Of a stretch of DNA of 11,997 bases, positions 1-6,609 are shown one piece after another. The stretch is taken from NCBI GenBank assembly GCA_025055355.1, contig JANWYM010000071.1, positions 1-11,997 on the forward strand. Direction: 5' to 3'. Source of the stretch: Abditibacteriales bacterium (GTDB taxonomy: Bacteria > Armatimonadota > Abditibacteriia > Abditibacteriales > JANWYM01). The position numbers were made by a program, and so were the translations under genes. The notes under the pieces were generated by a model. The model was not told where the DNA came from and did not search any database. It was given only the letters and a program-made list of their open reading frames with translations. The first letter of the stretch is position 1. Each line of letters opens with the position of its first letter.

Positions 1-3000
1 CGCAGCGGGGAACTGCCCGCCGCGCATCCGCGCCGCGTAGCGCGGCAGGTGAGCAAGCGTGGCTTGCAGGCACTCCGCCATCTGCGCTTTTTTGCCTTCG
101 GCAGCGACGCAGGCGTTCCGCGCAATCGGGCGGCGCACCTTGTAGTAAGCCCACTCCGCGCATCGCGCTGGCTCATCGCGCAGCACGATGTGCTGCGCCG
201 CCAGGGCGTAGAGCGGCAGTTGAAAGTCCGTGCCTTCGAGGGCTGCCTGCCAGCGTTGATTGCCGCTGGACTTGTAGTCGAACACCGCGTAGCGCGGCGT
301 GCCGTCTTCGTCCGGCGGCAGGCGGTCAATGCGGTCTATCTTCCCCTGAACGCATACTTGTTCCTCTCCGCTGCCGATGCAAAGCGGTTCCTCGCCTGCG
401 TGCATCCCGTAGGTCGCTTCAAAGCGCAGGGGGACGTGTCCCGCTGCCGTCAGGTGCGATTCGTGAGCCAGCCACAAGGCGAGGTCGCGCTGGCAGTTTT
501 GTTTTTCCACCTCCCACAGCCGCTCATCGCCCACCAGCCCGCGCTGCGCTTGCTCGGTAAAGTGGCGTTCGATGACTTCTTCCATCACCGCTCTTGCGAC
601 GTCCATGTTCTCTGCCGTGACCACCGTGCTGCCCGTGACCTGACTCAGTTGAGTGAAAAAACGCCGCAGGATCTCGTGCACCATCTGCCCGCGCTCGCGA
701 TGTTGCATTGTGTCGGTGGGCTCCTCTAACGGCTCAAGGTTCAGCACGTATTTGAAGTAAAAACGCATCGGACACTGACCGAAGGTGTTGAATTGGTTCG
801 CGCTAAAGCGATACCTCGCATGAAACCGCTTCGCCAAATCCTCATGAACCGCCGGGTCGGACAGCACGCCGTCGAAGTGATTGAATGGCTCCGTCGAGTG
901 GCGATGTGTTTCTACGGCGGCGGCGTGCCGCACGAATGTCAACAGATCAGCGGGTAACAGACGGCATATTGCGTGTTGCACATGGGGTATGACGTAGGGG
1001 ACGGCGGCGTCCAGCAGTTCGCGCTGGCTGCAGACGCGATGCAGTTCAGGCACGACGGCGGAAAGTTGCACGCGCGCGCAGACGGTTAGGTCGGTCGCAA
1101 AACATCGCCGCACCGCGTCCACGTAGTAGGAGGTTAGCACGGCGCGCCCTTCGGCGTCGGTGATGGGATAGCAGAGATACAGTCGCTTCGTCGCTCGCGT
1201 GACGGCGGTGTAAAAGAGAAAATCCTCCGCCGAGGTCGGCTCTTCGGGCGACAGCAGGTTGACGCTTTGCGGACGCGGGAACTCCTTCTCTACCAACCCC
1301 GCGATGAAGACGTAAGGGAAGGTCAGCCCGGCGGCATCGGTGACGTTCAGGGCGCGGACACAACCCGCCGAAGCATTCGACGGCGGCGGAGTGGTGAGCC
1401 TCAGCGCGGTTTGCAGTTCGCCCAGAAACGCGGACAGCGCAATCGCCTTTTCCGACTCGTTCAGGAAGGTCTCGGTGAACCGCATATCCTCCAACGCCCG
1501 CTGCAGTTGCTCAAAGGCGTGGAGGTCCTCGCCGCTGAAATTCAGGTCTGCCGCTATCTGCGCGCCGTCGGAATGAATGTCCAACGCGAGGCGTTCGGTG
1601 ATGCCGAAGGCGTCCATCAACTGGCGTATCGCTGCAACAATCTGGGCGCGCGTTTGGGCGCGGGACAGCGGCGCGAGCCGTTGAAAGAACGCCTCGACGT
1701 ATTCCCGCGCGCGGCGCGTCTGCTCCAACTCTTGGGCGAGATGCTCGCCATTCTCTTCAAACTCTTCGGCGAGTTCGCCCCGCTCCCATTTCTCCAAGCG
1801 CGCCTGCAACTGTCGCTCGTGCGTCTGCAAGCGCCGCTGCCAGTTGTCCTTGCCCGACGTGATGCGGGCGCGCCGGGCAACGCGGTCGAGGTCGTCGGGA
1901 GTAAATTGTCGGGAGGGTGAGGCTCCTGCCGAACCGGTGGGTAAGATGGGTTCGGCAGGAGCCTCACCCTCCCAGCTCCACCCGACGTAGTTGGATTTGA
2001 GGAACTGCACCACATCCTCGCGTCGGAAGTCGTCTGCCACGATGCGCAGCAGCGACAGAACGGTTTGCACAGCGGGGGAGCGCAGCGGCGTTTCACGATG
2101 GCTCAGGTGGACGGGAACGCCGAACGCCGCGAAAACTTCCTGCACGAGGGGCGCGTAGTCGGGCAGATGGCGAAACAACAGCGCGATGTCCTCAGGGGCG
2201 GCTTCACCGGCGAGCAGCAATCGCTTGACCTCTCGCGCGATCTCCTCCACTTCACGAAACTGCCCCGCTGCTTCGATGAGTTGCACAGAGTCATCCGCTG
2301 ATGGCTTATTTTGAGCCTCCCCCCGCTCCTCCGTATTAGGGAGGGGAGAGTTTTCGGAGAGGCTCTTATCCTCACGACCCTCAGCGAATAACGTCCTTTG
2401 CAGATGTGCCAACCCCGACTGGTCACTGGTCACCAGTAACGGGCAACTGAGGGCTTTGATAGGAAACCGCTTCTCCCACTCCTGTCGCAGGGCGCGCGCC
2501 TGCTGAAACAACGTCGGACGCGGAGAATCGAGTTCATCGGTCAAGGTAACGCAAGTTTCCTCAGCGCGCTGCACCAGACACTCGACGACATCCCACTCGA
2601 CAGGGGAGAGATGGTTGAACCCGTCCAGCAACAGAACCTTGAGGTCGTCAAACGGCGCAGCATGTCCGCTCAACAACAGAGCGCGGGCGTGCATCAGGCG
2701 TTCGTCGGCGTCGCTGACGTTGTGATGGTGGAGGAGGTTTTGATAGGCGTCGTAGATGAGATACAACTCGCGCCGCTGCGCTTCCAACAGGGAGGACGCC
2801 GCCGCCGTCTGAAGCCACTGCTCTGGCGACAGACCTTGCTGCTTGGTGCGGCGGAGGAAGCCCTGAAGCATGTCCAGAAAACCGGGAAAGGCGTAAACTG
2901 AACGGAAGAAGGTGAAGGCGTCCTGCTGCGCCAAGCGTTCGACTATCTGACGCAGTAAGATGCGCTGGGTCACCGACGGCAGTTCCGTGCGGAACGGGTC

Positions 3001-3240
3001 GTGTTCGTTGAGAAGCCTTTGTGCGAGGGCGTCAATCGTGTAGATATGCGGCTGCCACAAGCCGCGCAGATCGGTTTCCAACAGGATGAGTCGTCGCGCC
3101 TGCGCGCACTGCGGTTCTGTAGGCATGAGCAAAACGACGCGGCGCGAACCGTGTCGCACAACCGCATCCGCGTAACGCTGTCGCATCCACCTTGACTTGC
3201 CGCTGCCAGCCGCCCCGCAAAGGACGGTCACGTCGGGCAC
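1..3240 (-). CDS. addB: AddB/RexB-type ATP-dependent helicase-nuclease subunit (PD-(D/E)XK nuclease family), partial: the C-terminus runs off the window start
   Basis: Continuous minus-strand reading frame from the GTG at 3238-3240 to position 1, with no stop. GGAGG sits 9 nt upstream of the GTG. The N-terminus has a Walker A motif (VLCGAAGSGKS). The C-terminal part has a RecB-family nuclease motif (GKIDRIDRL...AVFDYKSSGN) and a conserved Cys (FNTFGQCPMRFYF) like the AddB Fe-S nuclease domain. The ORF track does not list it only because no stop occurs inside the window. Confidence 0.75.
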   Translation of the reverse strand, partial: MPDVTVLCGAAGSGKSRWMRQRYADAVVRHGSRRVVLLMPTEPQCAQARRLILLETDLRGLWQPHIYTIDALAQRLLNEHDPFRTELPSVTQRILLRQIVERLAQQDAFTFFRSVYAFPGFLDMLQGFLRRTKQQGLSPEQWLQTAAASSLLEAQRRELYLIYDAYQNLLHHHNVSDADERLMHARALLLSGHAAPFDDLKVLLLDGFNHLSPVEWDVVECLVQRAEETCVTLTDELDSPRPTLFQQARALRQEWEKRFPIKALSCPLLVTSDQSGLAHLQRTLFAEGREDKSLSENSPLPNTEERGEAQNKPSADDSVQLIEAAGQFREVEEIAREVKRLLLAGEAAPEDIALLFRHLPDYAPLVQEVFAAFGVPVHLSHRETPLRSPAVQTVLSLLRIVADDFRREDVVQFLKSNYVGWSWEGEAPAEPILPTGSAGASPSRQFTPDDLDRVARRARITSGKDNWQRRLQTHERQLQARLEKWERGELAEEFEENGEHLAQELEQTRRAREYVEAFFQRLAPLSRAQTRAQIVAAIRQLMDAFGITERLALDIHSDGAQIAADLNFSGEDLHAFEQLQRALEDMRFTETFLNESEKAIALSAFLGELQTALRLTTPPPSNASAGCVRALNVTDAAGLTFPYVFIAGLVEKEFPRPQSVNLLSPEEPTSAEDFLFYTAVTRATKRLYLCYPITDAEGRAVLTSYYVDAVRRCFATDLTVCARVQLSAVVPELHRVCSQRELLDAAVPYVIPHVQHAICRLLPADLLTFVRHAAAVETHRHSTEPFNHFDGVLSDPAVHEDLAKRFHARYRFSANQFNTFGQCPMRFYFKYVLNLEPLEEPTDTMQHRERGQMVHEILRRFFTQLSQVTGSTVVTAENMDVARAVMEEVIERHFTEQAQRGLVGDERLWEVEKQNCQRDLALWLAHESHLTAAGHVPLRFEATYGMHAGEEPLCIGSGEEQVCVQGKIDRIDRLPPDEDGTPRYAVFDYKSSGNQRWQAALEGTDFQLPLYALAAQHIVLRDEPARCAEWAYYKVRRPIARNACVAAEGKKAQMAECLQATLAHLPRYAARMRGGQFPAA

Positions 3241-3263
3241 AGCGCATCGCCTCCTTCACAGGG

Positions 3264-3292
3264 ATTATAATGGAAGCGAACGAGAAACGCAA
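3264..3292 (-). promoter_or_regulatory. Putative sigma-70 promoter for addB: perfect -10 TATAAT (revcomp of 3264-3269), weak -35 TTGCGT (3287-3292), 17-bp spacer
   Basis: Minus-strand sequence reads ...TTGCGT-17nt-TATAAT-ccctgtgaaGGAGGcgatgcgctGTG. The -10 is a perfect consensus about 24 nt upstream of the addB start. The -35 is poor. Confidence 0.4.
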
Positions 3293-3305
3293 AGATGACA
3301 TACAG

Positions 3306-3339
3306 CAGGATGGACAGGAAAGGCATCCTGTCCATCCTG
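3306..3339 (-). terminator. Intrinsic terminator candidate for the SPFH gene: 13-bp perfect stem caggatggacagg/cctgtccatcctg with an 8-nt loop
   Basis: Perfect inverted repeat 3306-3318 / 3327-3339, starting 3 nt after the SPFH stop codon (3342-3344). On the minus-strand RNA it is followed by CUGUAUGUCAUCUUUGCGUUUCUCGUU, a U-rich but interrupted tract. Confidence 0.5.
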
Positions 3340-3341
3340 TT

Positions 3342-4115
3342 CTACAACGCCTCATCTGTTGGTTCATCGCCCCTTGCACTCGTGTTCTGCTTCAAAGGCA
3401 TCACGCCGCCCACGCCGACCACAACGGTGTTGCCGGGGGTTTGCGCGAAAGCGCGCACGGTGTCCAACTCGCGTAGGCGGAGCAGATGCGGATGTTCGGC
3501 GGCGAGCCGTGCCGCGTTCGCCAGGGCGCGCATCGCCGCGACCTCCTCGCGCGCGCCGATGAGCATGGCTTGGGCGACGCGCTTGGCTTCGGCTTCCTTC
3601 ATCAGCAGGTCGCGCACCTTCGGGGCGAGAATCACATCCTTGATGCCCACGTTCAACACGCGCACGCCGTAACCTTCGGCAAGCGGCTTGACCGCTTCGA
3701 GGATCTGCGCGTTAAGGCTGACGCGCTCCTTGAGCAGCGCGTCCACCGTCACCGCGCCGACGACGTTTCGCGCGGCGAGTTGCACGTCCTCGTAAAGTTG
3801 CGCGCCGAAGTCCGCGACCTTGTGCACGGCAGCCGCCACATCAGCGATTTCGTAATCGGCGACGATGTTGAGCGTGACGGTGATTTGGTCAGCGGTCAGC
3901 AGCTTCTGGTTGACGATTTGCACCGCTGCGCGGCGCACGTCCACGACGACGATGCGCTTGTGCGTGAACGGCAGCAGGCGATAGCGCCCCGGCTCCAGCA
4001 CGCGCACGAACTTGCCGCGTACGTAGAGCAACCCGCGCTCGTATTCGTAGATGGTAATTGCCCCGAATGTCGCCTCCCGATGTTCCGTCCCGTAACCGTA
4101 GAAGTTGAAAGCCAT
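3342..4115 (-). CDS. SPFH/band-7 domain protein (stomatin/prohibitin/HflC-like), 257 aa
   Basis: ORF-track frame 3342..4409, but the start is placed at the internal ATG at 4113-4115 (MAFNFYGYGTEHREATFGAITIYEYERGLLYV...). GGAGGTG sits 6 nt upstream of it. The protein is typical of SPFH domain members. The 98 extra upstream codons are Arg/Pro-rich nonsense and overlap tRNA-Ala. Confidence 0.85.
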   Translation of the reverse strand: MAFNFYGYGTEHREATFGAITIYEYERGLLYVRGKFVRVLEPGRYRLLPFTHKRIVVVDVRRAAVQIVNQKLLTADQITVTLNIVADYEIADVAAAVHKVADFGAQLYEDVQLAARNVVGAVTVDALLKERVSLNAQILEAVKPLAEGYGVRVLNVGIKDVILAPKVRDLLMKEAEAKRVAQAMLIGAREEVAAMRALANAARLAAEHPHLLRLRELDTVRAFAQTPGNTVVVGVGGVMPLKQNTSARGDEPTDEAL

Positions 4116-4366
4116 CGTTGCACCTCCCGTCGGGCAAGCACAGAGGCTTGCCCCTACGTTGACAACCGCCTGCCCCGCCGCGCGCCTCCGAGGCGGCTGC
4201 GGGGAGAGACACGACGACCATCTCTCCGCAGGGCAACCGCCGCGTTGGCGAGACGCGCCGACGCGGGGCAGCGGTCGCCGGTCTGAGAACCCCACGGGCG
4301 TCGCCCATCGCGGAACGCGCCGAGCGCCGCAGACGAACGCACGTGCTCGGCAGGAGTCGAACCTGC

Positions 4367-4442
4367 TGGTGGAGAGCCACGGACTCGAACCGTGATTTCC
4401 GCCGTGCAAAGGCGGCGTCGTCGCCGATTGGACCAGCCCCCC
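4367..4442 (-). tRNA. tRNA-Ala (anticodon TGC), CCA encoded
   Basis: Revcomp reads GGGGGGC-TG-GTCC...-CCGCC-TTTGCAC-GGCGG-...CACGG-TTCGAGT-CCGTG-GCTCTCC-A-CCA. Acceptor stem is 7 bp and includes the G3:U70 alanine identity pair. Anticodon loop is CTTTGCAC, with T33 and TGC. T-arm is canonical. Total 76 nt. Confidence 0.85.
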
Positions 4443-4507
4443 TCCTGCAATCTGATTGCGTTCATGAACTCCGTGAACTCATGAACTCATAAGCCCACGC
4501 CTTCTTG

Positions 4508-4583
4508 TGGGGCGACTGGTGGGACTCGAACCCACTCGACGAGAGCCACAGTCTCGCGTGCGCGCCGTTACACCACAGTCGCC
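4508..4583 (-). tRNA. tRNA-His (anticodon GTG) with a genomically encoded G-1 and CCA
   Basis: Revcomp reads G-GCGACTG-TG-GTGT-AACGGCGC-GCAC-G-CGAGA-CTGTGGC-TCTCG-TCGA-GTGGG-TTCGAGT-CCCAC-CAGTCGC-C-CCA. Acceptor stem is a perfect 7 bp. The extra 5' G opposite discriminator C73 is the histidine hallmark. Anticodon is GTG. Confidence 0.85.
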
Positions 4584-4674
4584 ATGTTTATCACTCTCGC
4601 GCATCCCCTTGCCCACCCTCGTCCCGCTTCGGGTTCGGGACTACCGCGCTGCGCACGAATGGCATCACGAACGT

Positions 4675-4750
4675 TGGTGAGGGCGGTGGGACTCGAACCC
4701 GCAATCCTCAGGTTGAAAGCCTGAGAAGTTCACCGTTCCTCCACTGCCTC
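4675..4750 (-). tRNA. tRNA-Glu(TTC)-like gene with imperfect acceptor and T stems; possible pseudogene or non-canonical tRNA
   Basis: Revcomp reads GAGGCAG-TG-GAGG-AACGGTGA-ACTT-C-TCAGG-CTTTCAA-CCTGA-GGATT-GCGGG-TTCGAGT-CCCAC-CGCCCTC-A-CCA. Anticodon arm is perfect, with TTC flanked by T33/A37. D-loop has GG. T-loop is TTCGAGT. The acceptor stem has two mismatches (C5-C68, A6-G67) and the T-stem has one C-A mismatch. Confidence 0.5.
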
Positions 4751-4805
4751 GAAAGAAACATGAACCCCCTGAACCCATGAACTCTTGAACCCTTGAACCT
4801 CTATG

Positions 4806-4881
4806 TGGCGGGGACGACGGGATTTGAACCCGTGACCTCTGGCTTGACAGACCAGCGTGCTGACCCCTGCACCACGCCCCC
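4806..4881 (-). tRNA. tRNA-Asp (anticodon GTC), CCA encoded
   Basis: Revcomp reads GGGGGCG-TG-GTGC-AGGGGTCA-GCAC-G-CTGGT-CTGTCAA-GCCAG-AGGTC-ACGGG-TTCAAAT-CCCGT-CGTCCCC-G-CCA. All stems pair, with one G-U in the acceptor. Anticodon is GTC with T33/A37. Confidence 0.85.
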
Positions 4882-4949
4882 GGTTCGATTTTGGATTTTG
4901 GATTTTGGATTGCGGATTGAGTGACCCCAAAATCCGCGATCTAAAATGA

Positions 4950-4988
4950 AAAGCCCCCTGTCGAATCTCCTTCTCGACAGGGGGCTTT
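4950..4988 (-). terminator. Strong rho-independent terminator: 15-bp perfect GC-rich stem aaagccccctgtcga/tcgacagggggcttt with a 9-nt loop
   Basis: Perfect 15-bp inverted repeat 4950-4964 / 4974-4988. On the minus-strand RNA the stem is followed by UUUUCAUUUUAG. It lies 35 nt downstream of the small ORF stop (5024) and upstream of the tRNA cluster. The flanking A-tract and T-tract would also allow it to terminate plus-strand readthrough. Confidence 0.7.
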
Positions 4989-5023
4989 GGGTGTTGCTGA
5001 TGAGTGATAGGAGACGAACCGTC

Positions 5024-5218
5024 TCAGCGCACTATGCGCTGGCTCACCCCCTGTGCAAAGAAGGCGTCCTGCTCCTGACCGTTACGCTGCGCCAGATTGG
5101 CGACGGATATGGGTAATGAGCAGCGTTCGGCGGATGTGCAAAGGCGCAGGGCACTGAACCATTTCGATTCGTGTCCTGGCTGTGTGACGCCTAATTGCAT
5201 GTTCACGAGGTGAACCAT
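5024..5218 (-). CDS. Hypothetical small protein (64 aa, MVHLVNMQLGVTQPGHESKWFSALRLCTSAERCSLPISVANLAQRNGQEQDAFFAQGVSQRIVR); may instead be the body of a non-coding RNA
   Basis: ATG at 5216-5218 is preceded by GAGGAG (5230-5235), which is contributed by the end of repeat copy A. The stop is at 5024-5026 and the strong terminator follows 35 nt downstream. A putative promoter lies at 5331-5359. Codon usage is weaker than in neighbouring genes (two TTA and two ATA codons), so coding status is uncertain. Confidence 0.25.
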   Translation of the reverse strand: MVHLVNMQLGVTQPGHESKWFSALRLCTSAERCSLPISVANLAQRNGQEQDAFFAQGVSQRIVR

Positions 5219-5232
5219 TGACAGCTTCGCTC

Positions 5233-5312
5233 CTCTGAAAATCGTCCTCGTCCTCATCGTCGTCCTCGTTCTCGAACCGCAAAAACAACTGAGGACGAGG
5301 ACGACGACGATC
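5233..5312. repeat. Copy A of a structured palindromic repeat family (5'-CTCCTCTGAAAATCGTCCTCGTCCTC...CTCGAACC...GAGGACGAGGACGACGACGAT-3')
   Basis: 14-bp perfect stem tcgtcctcgtcctc (5242-5255) / gaggacgaggacga (5291-5304) with a 35-nt loop containing CTCGAACC. The left 27 nt are 26/27 identical to copy B (10612-10638). It lies between the putative promoter at 5331-5359 and the RBS/start of the small ORF, so it would sit in the 5' leader. Confidence 0.7.
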
Positions 5313-5330
5313 GCAGTGACAACGCGCTTG

Positions 5331-5359
5331 ATTATGCTAAAATCTTCCCAGCGCATCAA
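5331..5359 (-). promoter_or_regulatory. Putative sigma-70 promoter for the small-ORF/sRNA unit: -35 TTGATG (revcomp 5354-5359), 17-bp spacer, -10 CATAAT (revcomp 5331-5336)
   Basis: Minus-strand sequence reads TTGATGcgctgggaagattttagCATAATcaagcgcg. The predicted TSS (~5324) places repeat copy A at the very 5' end of the transcript. Confidence 0.35.
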
Positions 5360-5441
5360 CCGCCTGCGATAAAAAATCTGCTGCCTTAGACGACGGCGGG
5401 CGCGGGAATGTTCCCTCGTCTTCACCGATAGGATGTCGGCG

Positions 5442-6401
5442 CTACTGTTCCGCCAGCCAGCGTTCCGCCTCAATCGCCGCCATGCAACCCATGCCCGCCG
5501 CCGTCACGGCTTGGCGGTAGATATGGTCCACACAATCGCCCGCCGCGAACACGCCAGGGATTTTCGTGCGCAGGCGCGCGTCGGTGATGAGATAGCCCTG
5601 TTCATCGAGGTCGAGTTGCCCCTTGAAGAGGTCAGTGTTGGGGATATGCCCCAGCGCGTAGAACACGCCGTCGTAGGGATAGTCCCACTCCTCGCCGGTT
5701 TTGACGTTCTTCAGGTGCGCCCCCTCAAACTTCTCGCTGCCGTTGAAGTGCGTCACGATGGTGTTCCACACGAACTCAATCTTGGGGTTTTTGAACGCCC
5801 GCTCCTGCATGATTTTGCTGGCGCGCAGTTGGTCGCGGCGGTGGATGACATACACCCTCGTCGCGTAGTGCGTCAGGAACAACGACTCCTCCATCGCGCT
5901 GTCACCGCCGCCGATGACGGCGACCTCCTTGTCACGGTAATACCATCCGTCGCAGGTCGCACAGGACGACACGCCCGGCGTTTTGCCGAACCACGCTTCC
6001 TCGCCGGGCACCTGCAACATGCGCGGACGTGCGCCGGTGCAGATGATGACCGTCCTCGCGTAATAGTCCCTCTGCCCGTCGGGATACTCCGTCGCGGTGA
6101 CCTGGAACGGATATTGTTGCAGGTCAACAGCGACGACCAACTCATCAATCGTCTCCGCCCCGAACCGTTCCGCCTGCTTGCGCATGATGCCCATCAGTTC
6201 GGGACCTTTGATGCCGTGCTCGAAGCCGGGGTAATTCTCAATCTCGGTGGTCATCATCAATTGACCGCCCGGTGGCATGAACTTGTTCTCCGGGTCGCCG
6301 CTGAACAGCAGCGGTTTCAAGTTCGCCCGCGCCGCATAGAGCGCTGCCGTCCACCCGGCGGGGCCTGACCCGATGATGATCACGTTGCGCACCTCAGACA
6401 T
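5442..6401 (-). CDS. trxB: Thioredoxin-disulfide reductase (NADPH), 319 aa
   Basis: N-terminal FAD site VIIIGSGPAGWTAALYAAR. Redox-active CATCDG motif. NADPH site VIGGGDSAMEE. C-terminal GVFAAGD. GGAGG sits 7 nt upstream of the ATG at 6399-6401. Confidence 0.92.
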   Translation of the reverse strand: MSEVRNVIIIGSGPAGWTAALYAARANLKPLLFSGDPENKFMPPGGQLMMTTEIENYPGFEHGIKGPELMGIMRKQAERFGAETIDELVVAVDLQQYPFQVTATEYPDGQRDYYARTVIICTGARPRMLQVPGEEAWFGKTPGVSSCATCDGWYYRDKEVAVIGGGDSAMEESLFLTHYATRVYVIHRRDQLRASKIMQERAFKNPKIEFVWNTIVTHFNGSEKFEGAHLKNVKTGEEWDYPYDGVFYALGHIPNTDLFKGQLDLDEQGYLITDARLRTKIPGVFAAGDCVDHIYRQAVTAAGMGCMAAIEAERWLAEQ

Positions 6402-6436
6402 TTTTCAGCCTCCTTCAACTGCTTGCGATGTGTTTC

Positions 6437-6465
6437 ATCATAATCGTTGAACGGCGCGCCGTCAA
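6437..6465 (-). promoter_or_regulatory. trxB promoter: -35 TTGACG (revcomp 6460-6465), 17-bp spacer, -10 TATGAT (revcomp 6437-6442)
   Basis: Minus-strand sequence reads cTTGACGgcgcgccgttcaacgatTATGATgaaacacatcgcaagcagttgaaGGAGGctgaaaaATG. The predicted TSS is about 28 nt upstream of the start codon. Confidence 0.55.
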
Positions 6466-6523
6466 GCGTAAGTTCCCCGCGAGGGAGATTCCCCTTGCCG
6501 TGTGTCGGCTCTGCGCATAAACT

Positions 6524-6549
6524 GTGACTCAGGAACTTTGGCAGTCACA
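6524..6549. promoter_or_regulatory. Candidate operator: 7-bp inverted repeat TGTGACT-N12-AGTCACA in the divergent trxB / secreted-protein intergenic region
   Basis: tgtgact (6524-6530) and agtcaca (6543-6549) are perfect reverse complements. They lie ~60 bp upstream of the trxB -35 and ~60 bp upstream of the ATG at 6610. TTGACT is present at 6564-6569, but no convincing -10 was found for the plus-strand gene. Confidence 0.25.
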
Positions 6550-6609
6550 ACCCGTCTAAGAGGTTGACTTGAAAAGGGTGAAATTGAGAAGAGGGAGGAT
6601 GCTTTCAGC

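Noticed and set aside
49-3195. Multiple plus-strand and minus-strand ORFs of 60-226 aa inside 1-3240 (e.g. 49..729, 1267..1920, 1617..2096, 2103..2426, 2611..2901)
   Set aside because: All are alternative frames or antisense of the continuous AddB-like reading frame, which has clear Walker A and RecB-nuclease motifs. They are high-GC spurious ORFs with Arg/Ala-rich composition.
3486-4286. 266-aa plus-strand ORF
   Set aside because: Antisense to the SPFH gene and extends across its RBS. Composition is Arg/His/Asp-rich with no motifs.
3342-4409. 355-aa version of the SPFH ORF starting at 4409
   Set aside because: The extra 98 N-terminal codons are Arg/Pro-rich nonsense, overlap tRNA-Ala (4367-4442) and lack an RBS. 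The internal ATG at 4115 has GGAGGTG 6 nt upstream and begins a typical SPFH N-terminus.
5082-5288. Acidic peptides (…RFENEDDDEDEDDF…, …RFEDEDEDDF…) encoded on the minus strand across repeat copies A and B (also 10558..10767)
   Set aside because: The apparent conservation comes from the (GAC/GAG)n-like stem sequence of the repeat. The frames have no RBS, differ from the flanking gene frames and overlap the SDR start. A structured nucleic-acid element is the better explanation.
5433-6368. 311-aa plus-strand ORF
   Set aside because: Antisense to trxB, whose protein carries unmistakable FAD, NADPH and CATC motifs. It is a GC-frame artefact.
6564-6600. Promoter for the plus-strand secreted-protein gene
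   Set aside because: TTGACT is present at 6564-6569, but no TAnnnT-like -10 lies at 16-18 bp spacing (AGAAGA/GAGAAG). It is not called.
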